From Octopus vulgaris (lineage: Eukaryota): DNA of 64,000 nucleotides. Below the pieces are notes generated by a model. That model saw only the letters and a program-made list of their open reading frames with translations. It ran no database searches and was not told the origin of the DNA. How positions within the stretch are numbered: the stretch's first letter is position 1; the number at the start of each line of letters is the position of its first letter. The stretch lies in contig OX597820.1 of the NCBI GenBank assembly GCA_951406725.2, positions 104,036,001-104,100,000 on the forward strand. The letters are read 5' to 3'. Below, piece by piece: positions 53,107 through 64,000 of the stretch. The translations under genes were made by a program, and so were the position numbers.

Positions 53107-53152
53107 ATGTATATATATACATATATATATATATATATGCATATGTATATAT

Positions 53153-53218
<66 letters not shown>

Positions 53219-53236
53219 GTATGTATATATATATAT

Positions 53237-53301
<65 letters not shown>
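52872..53301. repeat. Long degenerate (TA)n tract
   Basis: Directly visible; explains the cluster of YI-repeat ORFs. Confidence 0.95.
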
Positions 53302-53303
<2 letters not shown>

Positions 53304-55509
53304 AAATGTCTACTGAAGCTTGACAATTATTACAAAGAGCTATGACTAATACATATTGAGTTATTGAGTTCGGTTTTTTTAAGTGACAATTAGACGCGTT
53401 TTAAGCGTTTCGGAACCCAGTGGCCCGCCCCGAAACTTGAATGGATCATCTTTTTGTCTACGTCAGGATTCTGCAAAGACAATATTGACCCCTGGGTCAT
53501 TAAACACATGAAACGATTTCGAGCGCTAAGGAGGGTGAATTATTAGTTAAATGACTAATTTATGATATTAGCAATGTATTATCAGGGGTTTGTCATAAGG
53601 CTATCTTTCTAGAACAGCCCAACACATTATCATTGTAGATATGTTACTTAATAGCAAAAGCATGCTCGTCTATAACAAAAGAAAATCTATAGTCATCCTC
53701 GGATAATTTTATGCTTTTTTTTCCATTCAATATACTTAGAATATTCTCACGAGAATATTTCTACACAATAAACATTTTAACTGTTTCATAAAAACATAAT
53801 GTAAGTTATTCGTGACAGTGAAACAATTGTCGGTGAAATGAGGCTCTGAGAACAGACTTCAGTTAAATTTTCTAATGTTTATTGATCATAGCCATGTGGG
53901 AGACAGTGAGGCGGGATGTGAAGCTAACAGGGAAGCTCTGTGTGGTCACCCGGTCTGTTAAAAACAACAGTGAAATCTACGTGAACTCACACCCTACTGT
54001 CTTAAAAATTGAAGGACATATTGGTGAATGTAGTCTTTGATACTCTGTGACTGGAAAAGAAAGATGGGATGGTCATACTTGGAATACTCATTCGTGACAG
54101 ATATGTTCGATCAGAACTAAGCTAGAGCTAAGCAACAACAACAGTAACAACAAAAATCTGTATACTATTTGTCACTGTTCATGGATGGAAAATAACTGAA
54201 TAATTTAACAACAAAAAATACTTTATATTTTAAAACAGTGATAAAACAGTGATAGTATAATCGGTAGAGCATCGGAAACATTGTTTTGAGGTATTTAGTT
54301 GCGGGTCTTCAAGCTTTAAGTTCCCATCTGATTCTGGCCAACTTCGCCTTTTATCCTTCTTGAATCAATAAAATAAGTACCAGTTGATTTGTGGTCCCAG
54401 GTCGGCCACTACCAAGCAGTCTTACGGCTCGCTGATCGCTGGTCAAGCGACAAAGTGCAATTCGTTGATCCACTTTTCCCATTATACTAGAAACCTGCTT
54501 AACAGAGGACCATGCTGCACACTCTATCTTGTAAGACTCAATCTTATGAGATGCAATGTGATACTCTGGACATATTGTCCATTCTCCTCTGTCCTCTCTA
54601 TTTCTGATTGTTTCATATATGCTTGTCAGTCATTGTTTTTCAAAAATCCCACCCCCTAAATCACAAAATAAACGGGAATGTGTCCTATTTTTCACATCCT
54701 GGCAGCAACACTGAAGCTAGAAGCAGGATAATAATCTAATTCTACACTTTATCACATTCAAAAATATAAACACGTTTTTAAGCACAACACACGCGGAGTC
54801 AAAAAAAAACACTACCTTTCGACCGGCACTGTCGCTCACGCAGTGATCTCTCTCCCTAGTGTGAAGATTCCTATCTCGGACATGTGAGCATGCGCACAAC
54901 AGCCAAACAAAAGTGAAGCGCACGATTTTATACAAGGATTTTTGTATCTTTTTTCATAAACTAGGGGATGGCTACTGACATTAAGCTTAAGGATTATATA
55001 ATGTACAAGTATAAAGGAAGAATTAAAGAAAAAAGGACTCATTATATTGAATGTTATCGATGATATCGAGAAAATTGCGAGTGCTGCAGTTCCGCAGTTC
55101 CTATACACGAGCCGCCACTGACTCCAAGTATTTCTGTTTCTCACTCACTCACTCTCCCTCTCTCTCCCTCTCTCTCCCTCTCACTGTGCTATATTTATGT
55201 TCATGAATGTGAGGGCTGGTTGTATGTTATGCTCTCCTTTGTTGCTGATCAAAAAATGTAATATCCATGGCTCAATGAAATTATGTATTTCTACAAAAAT
55301 TATATTGTATGTGGTGTGTGTACAGACAGTAAGGCAGACAGACAGACAGGCAGGCAGACAAGCAGAAAAACAGACAGACTGACAGACAGATAAATAGGTG
55401 GGAAATCTGTATGTATTCTGAACAAGACATAACTACAAGCTAAAACTTTGACTGAAATTTGCCTAAATCGATGTTTTCTTTCTATTTATATTGTATATTT
55501 CACTCTTAG

Positions 55510-55694
55510 AAATGCACCAGACTCGGTCATCTCGCAGAGGTTAGAAGACGCAATAAGCATCAGCCAAAAGTACCCAAAATATTTTGCTGGTTTTGATTTA
55601 GTGGGTCAAGAAGATACGGGGAAAACTCTGAAGACTTTAATGAATATACTGAAAAACAAAAATATATCATTCTTCTTTCATGCCGGAGAAACCA
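55510..55694 (+). CDS. ADA2: ADA2 coding exon 6 (GFDLVGQED, FHAGET)
   Basis: Family signature AGFDLVGQEDTG and catalytic FFHAGET. Acceptor tttcactcttag; donor GTAAGT at 55695, phase 1. Confidence 0.95.
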
Positions 55695-56999
55695 GTAAGT
55701 AATAAATTTGTCGTTTTCTCCCTAATTTAGTTGAGAAGCGTATCTGAAGGTTCTGTAAATTTATTATAATTCACAAGACTGAAAAGCAAAAACAAAATTT
55801 TCAAAAATCATTTATTTTTTAAGGGTTTTATAAAATGTGAAATTTTTTTGACGTTAATATATGCAGACATGAAGACTGCAAGCTGGCAGAATCGTTAACA
55901 CGTCCAGAGAAATCCTTAGCAGCATTTCGTCCGTCTATGCGTTCTGAGTTCAAATTCCGCTGAGGTCGACTTTACCTTTCATTTTTTGGGGGTCGATAAT
56001 ATAAGTACCAGTTGAGCTCTGTGGTTGATGGAATTGACTTATCCTCTCCCCTTAAATGTATGTAAGTTTGCATGTATGTATGTATGTATTATGTATATGT
56101 GTCTTTGTGCTTGTATTTTTCCTCTCCATACTGCTTGATAACCGCTGCTGGTTTGTTAACGTCCCTGTAACCTAGCAGTTCTATTAAAAGAGACCAAATG
56201 GGTCAGTACTAAACTTGAAATAAGTACTGGAGTTGATTTGTTCGACTGAATCCTTCAAGGCGGTACTTCAGCATGGCTGCTGTCCAAAAACTGCATGAGC
56301 AAAGAACAGGACATCATCAACGAGTGAAAAATAATAATAAGAGACAAGTACGGGACAAAATACCAAAATAGGTCTAACCGTTCCTCTGTTGTCGACTGTT
56401 AATTACGCCTTATTTCGAGCTTTTAACGACAATGTAGGAAAACTTCATAAAACAACAGCATCCAGAAATTTTTTTAATATAAAATTCATGGAGTGTTAGA
56501 GCTTCGAACGAACAAACAACGACAGAGTGAAAGTACAGAGTAAACTATCGACGAAGACAAATATTAAGGACCGTTAGGCCACGACGCATTGTAATGGATA
56601 AAGCTTGGGCGAAATTTGAAAGAATATAGAATAGATACAAGTGAAGAAAACAGTAGAATAGAAAAAAGAGAGAAAAAATGTCGGGAAGCGAGAAAAATGA
56701 CGTCTAGCTAAGTACGCATCGCGTCCTGAAAGGACATAGGTGAGAAAAAAATGGCCTGTAGTCACGTGGTAACAAACAGGCAGAGGAGAAGGGAGACGAG
56801 AGAGAAGATGAAGGAAAGAGACAAAGGGAGTGAGAAGGGATAAGGAATGAAAGATAGTAAGGGGCGGAAGAAAGATAGACAGGGGATAGCAAAGAAGGAG
56901 AGGGAGAAACGGAAAATAAAGAGGGTTGTAGAAAGAAAGAAAGACAGAAGGAAAGAAAGAAGGAAAACAGAGAGTAGAGTCGCAGAAATTATAAATAGC

Positions 57000-57783
57000 G
57001 TTTTCTATAGGGTTGATATCAGGACTTTGAGGTGGCCAATCCTTCATCACTCAAAAATCTTTGACGCTTTTCGCAGTGTAACAGGGAGCGTTTCCTGCTT
57101 GAAGATAGGAGGTTAAAAAGACGAGGACCAGAGATGTGGAAAGGTATGGTGTCAAGAATCTGCTTATAGATTTCAGCATTGACAGTCCCTTGTAGGCGAA
57201 CAAGTGAACCAGCAGCAGAGATCACTCCCCATACCATTACACTGCCTCCTCCATATTTCACTGTCTTCTTCACACACGCACGAGATAACCTTTCGGCACT
57301 TCTTCGTCAGACGTACACCCCGCCATCGGAACCAATTACATTAAACTTCGATTCATCACTAAGATGAACCTGTGGCCACTGTTTTTCTGTCCAAACGACA
57401 TGTTCATGAGCGAAACGAAGACGGGTTCTTTGATTCTTCTTGGAGATCAGGGGTTTCTTTGCTAGTTTTAGGTTTAGCATCTGTCGATCCTGATGACTTA
57501 AAACGAGCTACAATTCGTTGCACAACACTTCTAGACCTTCCTAGAGTAGTTGCTATCACAGAATTTGACTTGCCCTCTTGGTGAAGACACACAATCCTTT
57601 GTTTTTCATCACAGGACACCAGTCGTCTCTCACAAGCCTCCATGTTGACAGTTGAATGTTCCAGTAATGTAAGATCATAAGAAATAACTGTTAGCCCATT
57701 AACAGTCTTCTAAACAACAAATACCTCGGTTAGTAGTTCGGTTTTTTTTTTCCGAGTGACCCTTAACTTTTGGCCACTGCAGT
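57000..57783 (-). mobile_element. Tc1-like (DD34E) transposon, 3'-truncated
   Basis: HTH fragment (57404-57643), KKTVKYGGGSVMVWG and DWPPQSPDINPIEN. Terminus cagtggccaaaagtt on the minus strand. Confidence 0.85.
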
Positions 57784-58805
57784 TTGGAAGATTGTCTGCT
57801 TATTTCCTCATAACTTACGCATCTATAAAGCGCTTGGCTTTACATACGTCTCGTCAGACCCTAATGCCCGGTGGCCTACAGACTCTCTTCAAAGTGGAGG
57901 GAGAAAAGGTCTTGTGGCTCTATAACTGCTGTCACTCACAGAAAAACTATTGTCTTACCATGAGAAAAGTGCTGTTGAACTGTTAAGTGAATTTTATACA
58001 TCCATATACCTTTGTATAATAATATGTATAATATATGACATACGTATATGTATAAATTTTATAAGTTTTATAAGTAAAATATAGAATATAATGTATAGAA
58101 TATAATGTATAATGTTTAGAATATAATGTATAATGTATAGAATATAATGTATAATGAAACAACGTTAGAAGTAGTGATAATAATTATTATGATAGGTAAA
58201 TAAAAATGATATTAATACTAAAAAAGATAAAAATGCTGGAAATACTATAAATCTATTTATATGCATAACCAAAAAGATTTTTTAAATTATATCTATGAGA
58301 GTGTGCATTTTATAGAAGTGATTTTTGTACACTTGAAATACTGTAAGTATAATCGTATATCATCTGTAAGATTTGGGTTAATAGAGGTAGATTTGTAAGA
58401 AACAAAATAGTTTTAAAATTTAAGAAATAAAAATTGGGATAGTTAAGAGAGGTAGTTTTTGTTAATATATATATATATATATATATATAAAACAAGGTGT
58501 ACGTACGCTGCTATATATATATATATATATGTATATATATAAAATTGGACAAGATCGCAAAACATTCAAATAGACGATACAAAAAACACGGACGGGTCTA
58601 ATGTTCAGTCAAGAACCGGATCATCCTCGCAATTTCGGCTGATTAATCTTGAGATTGCTCCAATCTGGCCAGCCCCAAGGAAATACTAAGCTACGAGCAT
58701 TAGATTTCTTGGAAAAAGGATCGAATGTATACGAAACAAGGACAGAAAAACGGACGATGTTACACGAATATGAATACAAAAAAAGATACGAATATAAATA
58801 CAAAA

Positions 58806-58900
<95 letters not shown>
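58806..58900. repeat. (AAT)n microsatellite
   Basis: Directly visible. Confidence 0.95.
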
Positions 58901-58902
<2 letters not shown>

Positions 58903-60577
58903 GGACATAACAACAGGCGTCTTTCGACCAGAGACGAATTGAACTCAGCTAGCGTATTTGAAAAATAAGGCCTTCCGGCAGACGAAGAAAGCGGTGTTAT
59001 CGTGACGGCGGTCCGAAGCGAAAGGGCTATAGTTGGCCAGCGGTCACATGAGAAGAGAAGAGAGAGAAAAAGACTCTTTTTCTTTCTTTCTAGATTCTGT
59101 AATATTAACAACTATTCTTTTTTTAGTCCTTCCCCTAAGACTTATTTCACACAAATACATATAATGCTTTTTAACTAATAATAAATCTTTTTCCCCATTA
59201 TATTAACCTAATAATTACTCCCTCACAACCCTAATTTTTTTGGTCATTTGAATTTCAAGTAATTTATATATAATTATACTAACTACTTGTATTTCCTATT
59301 CTAAGAATTTTTTTAAACCGTTTCTTTTTAATATACATCATAATTTAATATACATCATAATTTATTTTCATTATTTCCATTGTATGCTACTCATAACTGT
59401 CAAATCATATATAAATTTAAATATAGCTATGCTGTCCCACTGGACGCTTATTTATTTAAATATATATACACACATACACATATACATATATAATGTTATA
59501 TTGTATAATATTTTACTTCTTATGATAAATGCTTTATAGGGAATGTATATCACTTAATTACTTATCTTCATATAGAGAGAATGTTTCTTAAACAATTTTT
59601 CACTTATATTTCCAAATATCCGTTAGCTGCATCAGTTATAGTTCTTACACAACTAGACTCAACACTACCTAAGCATGTTTTTATATTTCATCTTTCATAA
59701 TAATATTATGTATATCCGAATATATTATACGACACTCACTCCATCTAGTCTTCTATTGCAATATAATATTCTTCTGGTGTACTCTTTTTGATGTATTCTT
59801 TTTTCGCACTGAGGAGAACGGTAATATGTAATTACTTTAATTATAATTATAATTAAAATAACTTTTAATTTTTTCCATGTTTCTTCCATGTTAATATTAC
59901 CGTTCGAAACGATCGTATGCACGGATTAAAATTTTATAAACATTTTAACACCTTCTCTTCTCCATCTTTAATTGTTTGTTGAGTTTTTATAGTATACGTG
60001 TTCTGTAAATAAGTCATAACACGGCTTATAATTATATATATGCATATATGCGTGTGCGTGTATGTATACACACACATATGTATATACATACACACACACA
60101 CACAAAGATATATATATATATCAAACTGTCCAACCTATGCCAGGATGAAAGACGGACGTTAATAACAACAACGACAATGTTTGAATTCCTTATACCAATT
60201 CTCAAATACAATCAGCTTGTAAATATTTTGCGTTAGTTTCAACACATTCAATAATATTTGAATGAAATATTTGAAACGGGGGCAGCTATCTTCTCTCCAG
60301 CTTAAATCTGTTGGAAATTAGTATTTGAAAAGGATATTTATACAGCAAACAAGGAAATAAATAGTTGGTAATCACACTTTATAAAGGATCAATTTCGTGT
60401 AGAATATGTTTAGAAGAAAACTATCACACTGCAAAATTAAGGAAAATTATAGAGGAGGTCAACACAACACTCACATACACGTAAACAAACACACACGCAC
60501 ATGCATACACAAACGCACGCGCGTACATCCACACACACACTCACACATACACACACACACTCACACATAAACGCGCA

Positions 60578-60617
<40 letters not shown>

Positions 60618-60944
60618 AAGCTATCTTAGAATTCTCTCGGCCATTTGTATTTATATATTTAGAGAAAAGATACAAGCTAACAAAATCACAGACGTTCTCG
60701 AGCAGAATCAATATATAGGCGAATCGATTACTCAGACAAACATCTAATTTAAGAATATATACTATTCACAAAGTGGAATGTTAGTTTACCGTAAGGAAAG
60801 AATGCTTCATTGCAAACAAACGTATTTCATTCGTGAACTATTTGTACTTACAACACAGATCATTAATTTGTTTGTCTTCGACTGTTTCATTTCCAGAATG
60901 GAATTGATACTTAGAATATAAATAATGTATAAAATAATGATATC

Positions 60945-61377
60945 AAAGTTTGACACAAGGTCGACAAGTTCGGAGGAGGAATAAGTCGATTACATCGACC
61001 CCAGTGTCCAACTGGTACTTATTTTACCAACCTCAAAAGAATGAAAGGCAATGTCGACTTCAGCGAAATTTGAACGTAAAGACGGATGAAATACTGCTAA
61101 GCATTTTTTTCAGCATGCTAACGATTCTGCCAGCCCAGCACCTTTCCGTTGGCATTAATATTGGTTTAAAATTTTGGCATAAGGCCAGCAATTTCAGGAG
61201 TGGGGGCAAGTCGATTACATCGACCCCAGGGCTCAACTGGCACTTATTTTATCGACTCCAAAGGAATGAAAGGCAAAGTCGACCTTGGCGGAATTTTAAT
61301 TCAGAACGTAGAGACGGTCGAAATGCCACTAAGCATTTTGCCCGGCGTGCTAACGTTGCTGCCAGTTCGCCGCCTTA
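60945..61377 (-). mobile_element. Two tandem SINE family A copies
   Basis: Two reverse-complement matches to the family A consensus. Confidence 0.8.
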
Positions 61378-61449
61378 ATAATATATAAAATAAAATATTT
61401 CGCGGACTCCGGTTCGGCCTTGAGGCTGCCTACTAGCTCTACTAACACA

Positions 61450-61863
61450 CAAACTATCCATGCTACTCTCTAAATCGTGAGTTTTCCTCTTATCTACTGG
61501 ATATCTCCGTTGTACATATTTTACATTCCAACTTTGCTTTGAAAGGAGGTATCTGCGCGTATGTACAATCCATTTTTCTCGTTATTCATTATGTTGTTCA
61601 TAATATTGTTCATTAACAACAATGTCTCCGTTTCCCTAAATCCAAGTCTTATCTAAATTCATCTACTTCTTTTACCACTCTCCAAATTCCTCCCAAATTT
61701 AGTAAAATCAATGTCATTGCACATGATACCGGCAAAACCTCTGATCATGTCAACATAAGAACCTTCTGGTTAAACTGGACATCTATGGGCTCTGATCTAT
61801 TGGATGAGAAGCTTCTAGCCCTCTCTCTAGCCAGATCGCACTAATATAGCACGCACAACTGAG

Positions 61864-61945
<82 letters not shown>

Positions 61946-63200
61946 TCTTTCACTCTCTGAATACCTGCTATATCAACTCTGTTGTTTCTCAAGATTCACC
62001 TTTTTCACCCAAATTCTTTCTTCTTGTACATTACCGACCATTCTATTGTCACTTGTAAGAATGTCGTCTCGTATTCACATAATACAATCTCATGCTCCTC
62101 CCTAACCTTCCACACATCGACGTCATGCACATGCAACCTAGAACCTTTGCATCAAATTTATTCAACCTTCTTGAACAGCAACCTCGAAAACATTCTCCCA
62201 GATGTCTTCTTTAATGGGACTCCTTCAACAGTACAAATATGCAATCATTTCATTTCTGTCCAGCAAATTGTCTGTCTCACTCTTCGCAATCTTGGATATC
62301 ACGCAATTATAGTCCTCAGGTTTGCTGCGAAGGTTAGACCTCACAATCGCCGATAAAAATCTCCTAGAGATTCACACATAGAAAATAATTATGCCCCAAA
62401 GACTATTCTTATTCTTCTTCAGAACTACCACACCTGCATCTGATATGGTACTAATCCGACGTCCAAAAGAAACTCATCATTTGATTGGCAAATATTCACT
62501 CACCAAATATTCGCTCTGAAGCTTCAATCTAGCTCACAAACGTTCTCTTCTATCATTTTGAAAATCCTTTTGATTGCATCTACAACAAACTTTGTGCTTC
62601 CCAATAAAGTGAAGTTTTGGTGTTCATCCTTTGATTGGACCAATATGAGGACGCTACACCTCAACTAGACATTGAGTATTTAAGCAGAAACCACAGCAAA
62701 CATTACTGGAGCAAGCTGTTCTTGCTCTTTCTTCAAACATTATTGAATCATAACAGAAATGGTATTTTTACTTGTTCTGTTCGTTTCAACGCATAAAGTA
62801 TTTTTATTGCAGCAAGATGTCAAGTTGCTCTCTATCATTTCTGTCAGGTCACGTATATTCTCTTAAATTTTACCACAGCGGTATTTTTTTTCATACTACT
62901 TCACATGAAATTCAAAAAGAACTTTAATGAAAGAACATGTCATTGTGTTTTTAATTAACAATGTTTTAATTGAATTCGTTTTTTACTTTTTACCAGTGTG
63001 AATTACTCTCATTTAAATCCTGTAATTACTAACATATAGAGGTAAACATGTCCTGCTCACCAAAAAAACAAAAATCCTATCACCTCCACCTGAGAATGGT
63101 GATACATCTTATAACTTTCACTGTGTCTTGCCCCACTCCGGGTTCCACACTGACCAATGTACTAAATCTTTTCGTCATGACACTACAATTCTCTGTCCAT
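61450..63200 (-). mobile_element. Possible very decayed LTR-retrotransposon pol remnant
   Basis: Coding-like composition with no long ORF; only faint RT/RNase H-like fragments (e.g. SDAGVVVL). Confidence 0.25.
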
Positions 63201-63352
63201 GTTGTTTTCTGTAGATGTCAATTACGAGATGTTGAAATCAAACGTTGGCTTTTTCAATTTCATCAGTTTGAAAAGTAAGCCAGGCAGAAAACTTCAGTTG
63301 TGGTTTTTGTTTTTTGTTTGATAGTTGTTCAATTATTTTTATATGATTTCAG

Positions 63353-63510
63353 ATGAACAAGGATCACCTATTGATGAAAATCTTGTGGATGCTATTCTTC
63401 TTGGAACAAAGAGAATAGGTCATGGCTATGCCTTAGTAAAACATCCAGCACTCTTAAAATTAGTACAGAAACGAAATCTTCCGATTGAAGTTTGCCCTAT
63501 ATCCAACCAG
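63353..63510 (+). CDS. ADA2: ADA2 coding exon 7; gene continues beyond the window
   Basis: Encodes NLVDAILLGTKRIGHGYAL.KHP...IEVCPISNQ. Acceptor atttcag; donor GTACGT at 63511. The C-terminal SSDDP exons are not in the window. Confidence 0.95.
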
Positions 63511-63869
63511 GTACGTAACCTGTGCTTCATTTTTTGGAGGGTGGGGGTCAGTGATACATGAATTTCATTCTCTCATTGTAAAGATAAAATGATTTTGTGG
63601 AATGTATTTTTCTAATACAAACGTCAGTATCTATAGTCTTTTCAAGGCGTCACACAGATATTGATTATGTATACGGTAGCCATGGTCATGCCCTCTTTGA
63701 CTAGCAAGAATGTAGATAGAGAAAGAGGGGGAGGGTGGGAGAGAGAGGGGGAGAAGGAGGGAAAGAGGTTGAAGGAGCGAGAGAAAGATTTGTACTATAA
63801 GTTTTTATAAATCAGAAACAGAAAAAGAAACACGTATCATTGGTAACAGGGTGGGTATATTATTATTCA

Positions 63870-64000
63870 TTTCTGCTCTAGGCACAAGGCCCGAATTTTT
63901 TTAGGTGGGGGGCAGTCGATTAGATCGACCCAGTACACATCTGGTACTTTATTTATCGACCCCGAAAGGATGAAAGGTAGAGTCGACCTCGGCGGAACTC
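63870..64000 (-). mobile_element. SINE family A, partial at window edge
   Basis: tcgacccc...gaaaggatgaaagg...gtcgacctcggcggaa. Confidence 0.75.

Noticed and set aside
59725-59922. LINE endonuclease fragment (ITYYRSP)
   Set aside because: A single short motif in very AT-rich sequence; insufficient evidence.

Overview
Eukaryotic, AT-rich DNA dense in microsatellites and repeats; the SINE families and repeat content suggest a cephalopod, probably Octopus (inference). Two + strand spliced genes can be assembled from GT-AG sites with matching phases. (1) A 156-aa secreted-type protein with no family I recognise: signal-peptide exon 9489-9561, main exon 12437-12834, and a probable 3'-UTR intron. 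(2) An ADA2/CECR1/ADGF-family secreted adenosine deaminase with seven coding exons from 28723 to 63510; it continues past the window end. The rest is tRNA-derived SINEs, decayed mariner/Tc1/maT transposons, hAT- and Merlin-like MITEs, a Helitron-like element, CR1 and Dong/R4 LINE fragments, and Penelope-like element (PLE) remnants. The most notable hidden structure is a set of type I hammerhead-ribozyme motifs with palindromic loop III, of the PLE type. These include an intact near-identical inverted pair downstream of the orphan gene's stop codon, two sense-strand copies in ADA2 introns, and one with an apparent A3-U8 compensatory core. All folds and alignments were done by eye, and repeat boundaries are approximate unless target-site duplications (TSDs) are quoted.
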